DNA of 64,000 nucleotides from Podarcis pityusensis. Lineage: Eukaryota. This document shows positions 1 through 11,947 of the stretch, piece after piece (the first letter of the stretch is position 1; each line of letters starts with the position of its first letter). Where the stretch lies: the NCBI GenBank assembly GCA_964106645.2, contig OZ067038.1, one strand, 5' to 3'. The position numbers and the translations under genes were made by a program. Below the pieces are notes generated by a model, which ran no database searches, had not been told where the DNA came from, and worked only from the letters and a program-made list of their open reading frames with translations.

Positions 1-326
1 TGGGACAGAAACTCTGCTTCCTCAGGATCCACATCACATCTAAAGCCAGTCTCAGAGGTCACTGGCTGTTTCTTCCACTCTGATCATTAGGGCTTCCCTA
101 TGCCATTTCCAGGCTGCAGATGAGACTCCTACACACACTCTTTACAGAGGTGGATTGTAGGGTGGATGGGAAGAGGCTCTTGGGCAGTAGATCTATAGAA
201 ACCCAGTTCTTGGAATGCCCTAGTCTTGACCCACTTACGGAGCATGCAGCAGCAAGCTCATGTAAGCCTTCCCCTGAATTGTACCCCAGAGGCTGTGCAT
301 ATCATTGCCCCATCCTTCCTCTCTAG

Positions 327-412
327 GCTGAAGAAGAATTAGTAAAAGCCCAGAAAGTGTTTGAGGAGATGAACATTGATCTTCAGGAAGAACTGCCTTC
401 ACTATGGAATAG
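327..412 (+). CDS. BIN1: BIN1 exon 8 (BAR domain), AEEELVKAQKVFEEMNIDLQEELPSLWN(S)
   Basis: Acceptor ctctag, donor AG|gtaagc, 86 nt. The translation matches the BIN1 BAR helix. Earlier exons lie upstream of the window. Confidence 0.97.
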
Positions 413-646
413 GTAAGCACATTCAGTAGTTTTCAAATTGTGTTCATGGGGGATGTGGTTGGAGGGGAAGGGTAAAGATATCTTGACTGATTCCGGCCAT
501 GATGTATTGGTCCACTCAGTTCCTTTTGCTAAGTGGAAACTCGTAAGGTTCAGTTCCACTGAGCATTATGGCTCTGCGAGTGAATAATTGGAAGAAAAGC
601 AGCTGCCCATGTCTTCAGTAACTTATATTATGTTTCATTTTTCCAG

Positions 647-722
647 TCGTGTTGGTTTCTACGTCAACACATTCCAGAGTATCGCAGGTTTAGAAGAGAA
701 CTTCCATAAGGAAATGAGCAAG
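647..722 (+). CDS. BIN1: BIN1 exon 9 (BAR domain), [25 protein letters not shown]
   Basis: Acceptor ttccag, donor AAG|gtaaca, 76 nt, phase continues from exon 8. The peptide is visible in ORF 588..824. Confidence 0.97.
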
Positions 723-2792
723 GTAACAATGGGTGACATTCTTCCTCTTCTCCCTTTGGGGACCATTGATGCTAATCTGGCTTCTCCCCCATGCCTTTCC
801 TCATCCACTGTAAGAGAGGTGTAGCTATGTTAGCTGTTGGTGCTCAGGGATAATGGTACCACCTCCCATTGTTACTAGGGCATTTTTCCTCACTGGCATA
901 TCCCTTCATGATGTTACAGAACAGAAGTGACTTGCTGGGTGGGGCCACAACATCAGCTCCATGGCTCACTAGTTCTTACCAGAAGGGGAGGCTGTGGGGC
1001 AATGAGGAGGCTGGCATGGTGGCTCCCTCTGGAGCCAATCAGGTGCTCCTAGTGGTGTGCCAACCTCCCCACTGCTTTGTCCATCCCTCCTCTTTCCAGT
1101 AAACACCAACAACCCACTTGCCGGGAAGCTAGCATGGCAGCTCTGCTCTTACCTGACCAGCCGCTTCAGTTCCAGAGCATGACCAGAAAGCTCACAGTTC
1201 AGCAGCCTTGCTGAAACGTAGCAGCTCTGCATGGGAGCACCATGTCTATTTCATTGAGTTTCCCTGAGGAAGAATAGTGGGACATAAAATGCAATTAAAT
1301 AAATCATCATTTCATTTGGTCCCTCATCCTGGTCCCTCATCCTGTCCCCACTGCATCTGTCTTTAGCTATGCCTAGTGAGTTCTTTCAGCCAGCTCGTAT
1401 TTCTTCTGCTTTGGAATAATGAAGCTATTTCCATTTTACTTGTGTGAGCCCACCTGTGAGCGAGAAGCCTTGATTTATACTATTATGGCATAGTTTGTTC
1501 TGTCAAGCTGTTGAATTGGTACCAGTCCATAAAGGGTTTTCGTTTAATGTCCAATGCATATAGTTACATAGGCCGTGCAGTTGCTTCAGAAAATTTAAAT
1601 GCCTGCATGTGGAATGACGACTTTATATCTTCTCCTCCCCTGAATTCTGCACAAATCCCAAAAGAGGGAACCAACAAGTTTAAGGTTCAAAGCAGAGAAT
1701 GCAGAATAAGACAGGGCCAGACAAACTAGTAAAATGTTGCTTAGCAGTGATGCATTCATCCAACACATTTGGACAGCTTGTTACTACTCGGTAACAAGAT
1801 TTTGTATCCCAATTTTCCCTGTTTTGGCAAAAGATTATGTGTGTGAAAGGTCTCTTTCCTTTGCAGTTATCTACGTTTTATTAGAGCCTGGGGGAGGTCG
1901 GTTGAATTACTGCTGTGGCAAACACATGGCTGCCGTCACCCCCTCCCCACCCCACGGCATGAAGGCTAAGTTTGGCCTAGCATCTTGTTTAGTGACAAAC
2001 TGTGGTTCCATAGCAACCAAGGCTGTTGCAGTTCCAAGCAAGGCTCCTGGCTGCGGATGGGAAGAGAGAGCAGAAGGAAGGCATTAAGTCGCAATGAGGA
2101 ACAAAGACCCTGTGTTGACACAAGGGCCCGTAGTAGTGGAAGTATGTGATAGAAGGGGCAAAGGGGGAGAAAAGGCAGGAAACAGTAGAAACACGAGCTG
2201 AATTTGTTTCCCTAATGAGACACAGGCTTCGCTTATGCGGCACCTGTTTCTGGAAGTCAAATGATGCTCACAGGACTTGGTGCTTTCAGTTTCTGTGACC
2301 ATGAATCAGTGGGAATGAATGGAAGACCATTTCCAGTAGCCTAGTTTCTGGGTCGTAGTGTTATGGGTGGGGAACCTTCAACCCATGGGCCTGATTAGGT
2401 CTACTGGAAACTTCTGTAGCACAGCTGGTCCCAGAGAACTTCCTATGACACCAAAGAGCTGATTGGCGCTTATAGGAAACCCACTGACACCTGTACTTAT
2501 AGCAAGCACCAAAGAGGGACTTGTCAGAAGAGAAAGTTGCATTGCCAGCTTGAACTGAAGCCAGTGATGCAAAATACCTCTGGTTTAAGCTGTGTCTGCA
2601 AATATGTTCTGTTTTGTTTTGTGTCACCTGACATCATCATAACACCAGCCGATTGACAGGTGGGAGGCCCCGCCACCTGTCAAAATGGCCTTTAGGTTAT
2701 GTTTGTTGGGGGAGGGTAGGATTTGACCCACTGGCCAGATCCTGTTCCCAACCCATCCTCTAGGTTTTTATGCATTTTTATATGCTCTTGTA

Positions 2793-3017
2793 CAGTGGTA
2801 CCTCAGGTTACAAACACCTCAGGTTACAAACACTTCAGGTTACAGACTCCACTAACCCAGAAGTAATAACTCAGGTTAAGAACTTTACCTCAGGATGAGA
2901 ACAGAAATCGTGTGCCAGCGGTGCTGCGGCAGCAGGAGGCCCCATTAGCTAAAGTGGTACCTCAGGTTAAGAACGGTTCTCCGGAACAAATTAAGTACGT
3001 AACCAGAGGTGCCACTG
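2793..3017. mobile_element. Tc1/mariner-Tigger-like MITE
   Basis: TIRs cagtggtacctc / gaggtgccactg, flanked by TA on both sides. It ends 71 nt before the exon 10 acceptor. Confidence 0.85.
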
Positions 3018-3088
3018 TATTAAAATTGTGAGCTTAATTCTTTCCTTTGTTGACCTCCTATTTATTCATTTTAAAATTTTTGTTTCAG

Positions 3089-3171
3089 CTGAACCAAAAC
3101 TTGAATGATGTCCTTGTGAATCTAGACAAAGCACAGGCAACAAGCACCTATCCTGTTAAAGCTCAGCCAAG
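3089..3171 (+). CDS. BIN1: BIN1 exon 10, LNQNLNDVLVNLDKAQATSTYPVKAQP
   Basis: Acceptor tttcag, donor AAG|gttagt, 83 nt, phase 0 to 2. It encodes the end of the BAR domain. Confidence 0.95.
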
Positions 3172-3855
3172 GTTAGTCATTACTATATCTAGCATTGTGG
3201 GAAGGTGAGGGCAAGTCGGTGTTTGTGTTTGTCTTATTCTCTTGACTACGGTCGCCAGTGATACACTGGTTGTTAATCTTCTACCCCGCCAGCCCAAGAA
3301 TTGGCCCACCGAATGCTTTTCTTTCTGTGTGCTGTTACAGATACGGCAGCCACTGTGAGGGCGCCATCTCCCATTGCACACCACAAAGATCACATGGTTC
3401 TTAACATTTGTTGACTATGGTGATTTTGTGCACCTTAAAAAAAAATAGTGTGTTTTCTTCAGAAGCAACATTTTGAAAAACAGTAGTGGACAGAAGGGCA
3501 GGGAGGGGTGGGGAGCATAGGAGTGGTGAGAAGCAACAAACATCTCTCATGCTTTCTATGAATGGAGTTCTCAGTTATGGTTGAAACCTCCTTTTTCTCT
3601 GCCTTCTCCTGTGTTTTTAACAGCTGACTGACACACAGAAATTAACCACTGAAGCTTTTCCTGGTATGTCATACAGTGGTAGGAACAGGAAATTTCTCTG
3701 TGTCGGACTGCTGTTTTAAAGGCACCAGAGCAAGTCCACTTAACAGGGCGCCAACCTTTGGCACAATACCCTTGTCCTCGTGTCCTATTCATACTCAGCC
3801 TGCAGCTAAACCTAAGTATGTGTACCTGAACTAATCACATATTCTTTCCCTGTTT

Positions 3856-4030
3856 CATCCCTGCCTTCCCCCCCTTTCCTCCCCTTCCTATGTTTTTCCT
3901 CCCTGTGTCAAATTTTAGATTGTAAGCTCCTTGGGGGCAGGCACTTGTTCTCTTGTACTCTGTAAAATGCCTTGCACATTGATGGTGCTATATAAATAAT
4001 AATAATAATAATAAAAATTAATAATAATAA
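3856..4030 (+). mobile_element. L2-type LINE/SINE 3' tail fragment
   Basis: Contains ttagattgtaagctccttgggggcagg, typical of L2 3' ends, followed by an (aat)n tail. Confidence 0.55.
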
Positions 4031-4619
4031 ACCTTATTCTCAGCTCTGGGGCTAAAGGCTGGCCCTTTGGGCTCCTTGACTCTGTTCCTTGCAGTCCATA
4101 TTATTAAAAGCTGAGGGTCCCTGTGAAACACATGTTAACACACTTGTATGTTCAGTAAAAATGGATGGGGTTCAGGAAAAAAAAATGAGTTCTACAGCCT
4201 TGAGGGATTAATATAGTTAAACTAATTGTCAGTCATTAAGATGAGAGCTGCGTAGCTAAACATACAAATCACAGGTTTTTTGCTCTTTTTCCATTCTGCA
4301 TGCAGCTGTGGCATCTAGCCACACAGTGATTGCATTTAGACAATCATTATCTCATCTTAATAAGCCCACAATATTTATGAGCCTTTTTGCACATCCATCC
4401 CCTTCACACCTCCCTTTGAAGTCAATTTTCAGCAAGTTGTCTGAAATGGGAAACTGTGATTACCAGCTTCGGAACAGGGCAGGATATTAAACCAACTTTC
4501 AGCTTTGCCCCTTCTTCTCAATCTTGTTGCTGCTCTCATTGACATGGTATCTTGTTGACCCAGCCCAACATGTTGGGTATCGGTGGCATTGTTTTGCAGT
4601 GGTTCCAATCCTATGTGCA

Positions 4620-5135
4620 TATCCAGAGGGGGTAGCATTTGGGGTGGGCAGAAAGTATACTTCTCATCATTTGGAGTGCTGCAGGGCTCAATTTTGTCTA
4701 TTCAACATCTATATAAAGCCAGTGGGAATGGAGATTTTGAGCATGGTGTCCTCATTTCTCCATAACATCTGTATCAGGTGTGACTGAGCGAGCCCTGGGG
4801 TAGTGTCTGGATGCAGCAGTAGGCTGTGTATATAGGTCAGCAAACTGAGCTTGAATCCTGGCAAGATGGAGCCTCCCAGCTCCAAGAGATAGGTTAGTTG
4901 CCTGTTCTGGATGGGGTTGCGCTCTCTTTGAAGGAGCAGGTTGCAGTCTAGGGATTCTCTTTGGCCCATCTTTGTTGCTTGAGGCTCAGATGGCCTCAGT
5001 GACTTGCAGAGTCTTTTGTCAACTTTGACTGATGTGACAGCAGAGGCAGCTCATGGACTGAGATAGCTTAGCCACTGCAGTCCAGGAACTGATAAACTCA
5101 TGACTGGATTGCTGTAGAAGTAGGAAAACCTTTGG
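4620..5135 (+). mobile_element. Degenerate LINE (L2/CR1 group) reverse-transcriptase fragment
   Basis: GVLQGSILS (ORF 4583) and LFNIYIKP (ORF 4524) lie in shifted frames and form a decayed GVPQGSxLSPxLFNIY RT motif. Boundaries are approximate. Confidence 0.6.
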
Positions 5136-7985
5136 GTTCCTGGAGGAAAAACAATCAAGGCCACCTAGCAGTTTCTGTTTTTGCCCTAACACTTTAAAGG
5201 ACTTGTTCAATGACTCACTTCCCCTTTTCATTTGTAAAAGAAATCCATTGTATCTTAGAGTTTTGTTTTGAATAAACCCAGCACAGCTTATGGGCACAAA
5301 TAGGAATAAGGAGGAACTGGCTAGGGTTGTGTAAATACACACACTTCTCTTTCCTCACCCTCCGCTCTTAAGGAGAAGGTAGGCCTCACTCCTTGGATGA
5401 GATGGCCTCTGGCTCTCACCCAAATGCATGAGTGATGAAGCAATTTGGGAACTTGCACTCCCAGCTGCTTTGAGTCCCACATGCTGTGTTAGCAGTAATG
5501 AGTTGAATGTGCCAAGACTGCATTAGGCAGAAGGAGAACTGTGGCTTGACTCCACCCTGCTTTGGCAAAATCAAATGGAGGTCAGTATGATATTTTAAAC
5601 CCAACTGCTTTATGCTCACTCTTTCGTAGGTGCATTGAATTAAATTAAATGTAGAAGCTAAGGAAATTTTTTTAACAGACACCAGGGAGCTCGTGGCTCT
5701 CATACTCTCAGCAATGAGCCGAGCACTTTGTGTAACCCCCAAGGTGTAGAGTGCTTTTGTATCGACCATGCATGAACACAACTCTGCACAATGCTAAGTA
5801 AGAGCAATGCATAAGACAAATGAGAGGGAGAGGCTGAACACGGATACAATTTTATCAGCATGCTTTGTTTATGCATTGTACAAACAAGTACCACTCTAGA
5901 TGTATCGTGCCATGAGGAAAAAGAGAGAAGATGCTAGGGCTAGCTTTTGGTCTCCAGATGTTGTTGAACTCCAACTCCCATCACGCCTGACTGCTGGCCA
6001 TGCTGGGTGAGGCTGATGGAGGTTGGAGTAGTGGTGGACCTCGGGGTTTCAAATTTCAGTGGCACCCTGTGCAATGCCAAAATTTGGTGCCTCCCCTTGT
6101 TCCATTCTAAATCATAGCTGCAGCATCCACAGTGGCATCCCCAAGGCTCAGCGTCCAGTGCAGTCAAACTGGTCATGCTGCCATAAATCTGCCTCTAGTT
6201 GGAGTCCTTTAAAATCTGGAGGGACACAGGTTAGCCAGCCCTGATTTAAATGTATAGGAACCCTGGAGAGAGAAATTTAGATGGACGTCTTCCATTTTAA
6301 GGTTCATTTCTTCCTCATCCTTAGGTTCATAGTGACTTCAACTCAGATGTCATTTCAACACTACAGTTTTCTCTCTGGGGACACTTTGGAAGGAGTGCTC
6401 TCATAATTGAAACAATCTTTTTATTTTGTCCTGTTGCTCTTTGCATGAGGTCTGCCAGAATGACACCAGTTTATACCTGATAATAGGTTTGAAGCTTGGG
6501 AGAAAATGGCGAGATGGTAAAAAGAGCAGGCGGTCCCTATACAATATTGTACCAATACTACGCACAATGATATGTGCAAAATTTTATTTTTAAAGTTAAA
6601 ACACCCTGATATATAGTGTAAAAAACAACAACACAGATATGCAGATAACAGGAGATAAAAACATTCTCAGAGCAGCCAGTGGACTAGGGGCAGCTAGCCT
6701 ATGGGGCATATATGCACACCCCACACTGCAAGAGGTTTGTTTTTTGTGCCTCTAAAATTTATTTTTTTAAATAATGATAGAAGTTTTCTTTTACTGCTTC
6801 TGTGGCTCCCCTTTGCCCCCTAAATCTGTTTTAGGGGTTGAGGAACCCCCAGAACAGGTTTAGCGGGCACATGCATGGGTCATTTTGTGCACATATATCC
6901 CTCTTAGCATTCCTCTGAATTCCCCCCATACATTTTACTTTACTTTATTTTTATTTTTTTAAAAACAAACCCATTCCTGAGGGTTCTTGGCTGTGATTTT
7001 GTGACATCAAAAGGTTTTTGTGATGTCTTCTGGACCTCTCAAATATCCTTTTTATTTTATTTTAAAATGCCACATTCACTTATACACTTTGACATGTGGC
7101 CCTTGGAATGTTGACCATGGGCCAATGTGGCCCTCAGTCTGAAGAAGGTCAGCCATCCCTGCAGTAGAATGTGCAAAGGGCATGAAAGTCCACCCTAAGA
7201 AACTTGTGACGGGATATGAAGGACATGAAAGTAAATACTTCTCAGGAGCTTCTGATTTCACCCCAAAACTCTCCCCCCCAGTGGTTGTTCAGCCCCCTAT
7301 TGGTTTTGTGGGGGTAAGTTCTCCACCATCTTATGGTACAAAATCATTGGTAGAATGGTCGCTTTGGACTTTAAGAAAATATTGCTGCATTGTTAGGGCC
7401 GTGGGTGAAGATACTTTGGAAAGGACTTGCACATTTGGTGGGATGGTGGGTGGGTGCACATGGTGGGATCGTATGCCATAGGGTGATACCCTCAGGAGGT
7501 AACTCCCATTATGTTAGTGCAAGGTTTAAATAAGACACAAGCTTATTCTTTTGTAGGCTCACACTATTGATATGTTGATTGATAGCCGGTGGTCCTTGGC
7601 TCACTCAGCCACCTGCTGGATTGCTTAGCTTTCTAGTTTTCAACCTCCACCTTTGCCCTCCATATAACTTTGAGGTAACTTGGTAGATCAATGGTAGCAA
7701 GTAGCTTGCAAATGGAAAGCAATGAGTCCTTGATCTCTCCTCTTCCCATCTCCTGAACATTCACACAGCACTTAAAATGATATTTTTCTACTGAAAATGT
7801 CTGGCGGACACCCCCTCTGCCAAGCTAATCAGATACAAACTGAGGGATGGCCCCATAGGTCCTCTTTGAATAAGTCTCTTCATGGTAACTATGTACATTA
7901 GCTCATGCACGGAATCTTCACCTTTCTTTCACATTGGTTGAGCCGTGTTGTAATGGACATCACTTTCGTGTGCCGTCCTCAACAG

Positions 7986-8030
7986 AAAGAAAACTAAACT
8001 GTTCTCCAGGCTGAGGAAAAAGATGAGCAG
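7986..8030 (+). CDS. BIN1: BIN1 exon 11, muscle-specific phosphoinositide-binding (PI) exon, (R)KKTKLFSRLRKKMS
   Basis: Acceptor caacag, donor CAG|gtacca, 45 nt, phase 2-2. The polybasic peptide is homologous to human RKKSKLFSRLRRKKN. Confidence 0.93.
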
Positions 8031-10071
8031 GTACCAGCAAGCTCCATTCCCTGCCCGCTCTGATTTGGATGTAAAAGCCAAAGGCCAGGCTGTATTCTAA
8101 CAGCATATAGTGCATTGTTAGCTTGGTGACTGAAATGGAGTTTCTGCATGATCCAAATTGCTTTGTTTTGGAATTACGGATTGCATTGGTGTTTCTGAAT
8201 AATCCTAATAGCGTTTTACAAATGTTTATAACCACTTCCACCCTCCTTTGCAAGTTGCCAACGGAAGATATATGGACCTTTGTATTTCCCAAAGAATAAA
8301 TGAATATCTTGTGGTCTACTCACGTACTGCAGACCTAACTACTAGAAGTTGCTTAAGAGAGCAAATTGCAGCTGTGTGCCAAGGCCAGATTTCCTTTTAA
8401 GTGCAGGGAACTTCACGAAAACTTGTAGTGGATCTGGACAGACATAGGTTGGGTGGGAGGAGAGATGGAAAAAAATGGGAGCAGTCTTCTTCTCTCCCTC
8501 AAACCGTGTTGAAGATGAGTTTTTAGGTCTCCTGTTCTTCCTTCTTGAAAGTCTAAAGAAAAATAATCTCATATCCTTTTTTTCTTCTATATTCTGTGGC
8601 AGCTTAGAATTGTGTTTTTACTCCTCTTTCAACTGAAATTTGTCCTTTTCAGGACAGGAGCCGGTCAGCCTTTTAACCTCTCCCCTTATACTTCCTAAAA
8701 ATAGTGTAGATGTTGGAGGATAACGTAAGTTGGGTGGATGCTTAGGGGACATGGTGCTTGGTTGCATTGTATTTATATACTAACTAGCTTGCTGAATTGC
8801 ATGGTGGCTGGTATTACTGTGTAACTCTGAGTTTACAGAGAGAACTTTCAATTGCTTCCTTCCCACTGTGTATGTCCTTGGATAAGATCTGAGAGCTAAA
8901 AGACCTTCAACCTCCTTGCTGAAACAAGAGTCCCTGTGAGGATACATGCAAGGCAGGAGAATGGTTGAGGTGTGAGTTGGTGACCCACCTTTCATTACTT
9001 GCTTTCTGCAATCCCCATATGAGGCTCCCATAAACAAACAGGTTAGGGTCCCCTCTTAAAACCATGTTTCAAATATGTTTATCTAGAAGTAAGTCCTACC
9101 GGATTCAGTGGGATTTACTTCCTAGTATGAATGCTCAGCCATAGACAGGCCTTGAGCATCCTGTTCTGTTGTTAGAGACAGTTTTCAAACATTCTCAAGG
9201 ATTTCTAAATACTGAGATGACACAATGTGGTGTGGAAATCCAGCTCTTGTGATTGCTTTCCAAGAACAATGTATTTCAAAACAGCTTGTCTGCTCCAAAC
9301 TTGAGCTTTATACTCCATGTTGTTTCAATATGGTCTGTTGCCCCCTATCTTGTTATGTGTCTGTAGCTATCACAGCTAACCAGTGGCTTTGGTGATTGAA
9401 ATAATTATTGCGTAATACAGAGCATGGTGTGGGAGGGTGAAAGACACTGGTGAGGTTAAAGGTTGTATGCTTGATCTATTAGGGGCCCTGTTTAATTTAG
9501 TAAATACCACATTTACTAAAAGTCAGATTCTTTCTTGTTGAATTCTTAGGGGATAACAGCTTACTGTATGCAAGGGCCAAACTACACGTGGCATTAAACA
9601 TACAGTTTGGTATTACATTATCAGGATCAAGACCACAGAATGCAAGGAGAATGAACTCTTCTTCCCCTCCCACATCACAGACCTGATGAAATCTATTCCC
9701 CATGCAGCTGTTGTTTGACATATGAAGAAAGTTCCTATGGGCATCTTCCTGTGAGAGGCAGCAGCTTATGGAGCGAGTGAATTTTTCTTGGCAATTGTGG
9801 TGTGGGAGGCAAGAGTTAAATGAATATGCCCCATGTGTACTATGCCCACCCAAAAAAGCAGCTGCTATTTGTTTTTGAAGATAACTTCTGCACCAAACTA
9901 CATGATTATTGTCACACATTTTCTTGCATTAAAAGTTTGTGCTATTACAGTAATGGGGCCAGGCATCTGTTGCAAAATAATAATTTAAAAGGGTACTTTC
10001 CCTCATTCCTTAAGCCACCTCTAATAAAAAGCTCATTCTAATGCTGATATTCTCTCTCTCTCTCTCTGCAG

Positions 10072-10222
10072 TGACAGTACCCCAGCAAAAGCAAACAAAA
10101 CCCCCTCATCTCCGCCTGATGGGACTCCCATCACCAGCCCTGAGACCAAGGCTATCAACCATGAGCCAGAGCCATCCACTTTGGAAACACCTGGGGGAGG
10201 CATCCCTAAGTCTCCATCTCAG
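10072..10222 (+). CDS. BIN1: BIN1 exon 12, DSTPAKANKTPSSPPDGTPITSPETKAINHEPEPSTLETPGGGIPKSPSQ
   Basis: Acceptor (tc)n-tgcag, donor CAG|gtagtg, 151 nt, phase 2 to 0. NHEPEP and PKSPSQ are conserved with human. Confidence 0.95.
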
Positions 10223-10984
10223 GTAGTGAGGATTGCTGGTGCTGCTGCTGCTGTTTTTTCCTTGAGGACATACATGACAATGTCATTCATGGTTGGGTTT
10301 CCTTGGCTGCTACTCTATGGAGAGTAATGGACTTTTCTCCATTTATGTTCACCAACAGTTCTAGGCAACGTGTATCAACTAGTCTCTTCATTTCTCTCTA
10401 ATGTTGTTCTTGCCTAATCCAGTTTCTTTATCTACAAACAACAGTACTTCCTCTTCAGTAGGGATTCTATGTAGGCCAAGCTGGTCTTGCTGTGTAACAG
10501 GTATGGTACATAACTGTTCTTAAGGACAAGCAGAGGCTATAGATAAACTAAGAAAACCTGTATTGGCATGGACAGCTTCTGGATCAACTGGTGGCACAGG
10601 ATATCAGTTGAATCAGGAAGCAGAATATGGAAGTTAATTAGAATTCTTTTAAAAGGCAAATAGTTTTCCTAGTTAAGAAAGGTGCAATATGAACTCTTCC
10701 ATCCTCAATGGACAAGAAACAGGTAAGTGAATTGGACCAGATATAAGATAATGAAACTAAGAATGACATTTTGGATATTTTTTTCTTCTTCTTCAGCATG
10801 AGATGCACTATTGCACAAAACCTGCTCTGGACTTTTAAAGTGTACTGAGAGCATTTTTGGGTTGTCAGCTTTGCAGCCATAATGGCCAGTTGAAACCCAC
10901 AACAATCATGCGAAGAGAACAACCTGTACACTGGCAGTTAGACAGTTGTAGGCCTTATGCAAAACAGACTACCTGAAAAGTCTT

Positions 10985-11947
10985 TGGCATGTCCCATGGT
11001 TGCGTGTCGAGGTCCCCAATACACCCCAAAGGAAAACACAATTGACACTTAATTTTTGTTTAATTTTTTTGGCATAATTTTGGCCACAACTTTATTCAAA
11101 TACAGCAATGTGAGTGGTTGCTTAGGCATTGGTAGCACTAACTGCCCCCGGACGGGGACAGCTCTGACATTTGCACCCCCCGCAAAGTCAGGAAGGGTAA
11201 GTCACCTGGGGAGAGAGAGGGGACTGGGAACCATGCTTCACCTCTCCCCAGCATGCTCCCAGGGGCTTACGTGGCCCTAGCCCCTTGCCAGGGGGTTTCG
11301 GACAAAAGCATGGGGTTCCTTTAATGGTAAAACCCTTCAGCAGCAGCAGCATTTTGGAGGGGCAGGCACAGCCGAATCCATGCCCCTCCACCAGCAGCAG
11401 CATTTTGGGGGGCAGGCACAGCCGAATCCATACCCCTCCAGCAACCAATTCCAGACCAATGCCTAACCGCAAACCTTACAAGTTGTGACGATTTGCTACG
11501 TGGTAGGCGAAAACCAAGTGGCACACACTAATCAGCCAAATGGCAAAATTCCTATCGGGCCCCTGCCCCAAAGCAGACGACCCCATGACAGGCAATAGCA
11601 AGGTCAAGCAAACAGCCTAACATTAGGGAAGGGAGGGTGGGTGGGTGATCCGAAGCACGCAGCGAAAGAGGACGTCCATTGCTGCGTGCCTTGTATTTAA
11701 CAAATAGGGCTGTCAATCACTAAATGGCAACATCTAAATTTCCCCAGTAACAGCCCGCCCCTGCTTACGAGTTGGCCAAACCATCTGCCCAGAAACAGCA
11801 AGGTGTCTTGGAATCCCCAACTGCAACACGTGCTGTCCGTGATGGAGAACATGCTTTGCCCATGCAACTGCTGAGGATTATATGAATTGCTGAACAGCAA
11901 AGATGGCAGTTCTCTCCTAGCAAAAAAGTTACAGCAGGAAAATGTCA
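10985..11947 (-). mobile_element. Putative solo LTR (ERV/LTR-retrotransposon-like), copy 1
   Basis: GC/CpG-richer island sharing blocks with 32422-33275. AATAAA lies on the minus strand near its 3' end, with an internal ~51-nt tandem repeat at 11341-11441. Ends are approximate. Confidence 0.55.

Noticed and set aside
3341-3354. Acceptor-like ttacag followed by gtgagg in intron 10
   Set aside because: A 14-nt exon would shift the frame, read-through stops after ~20 codons, and there is no other support.
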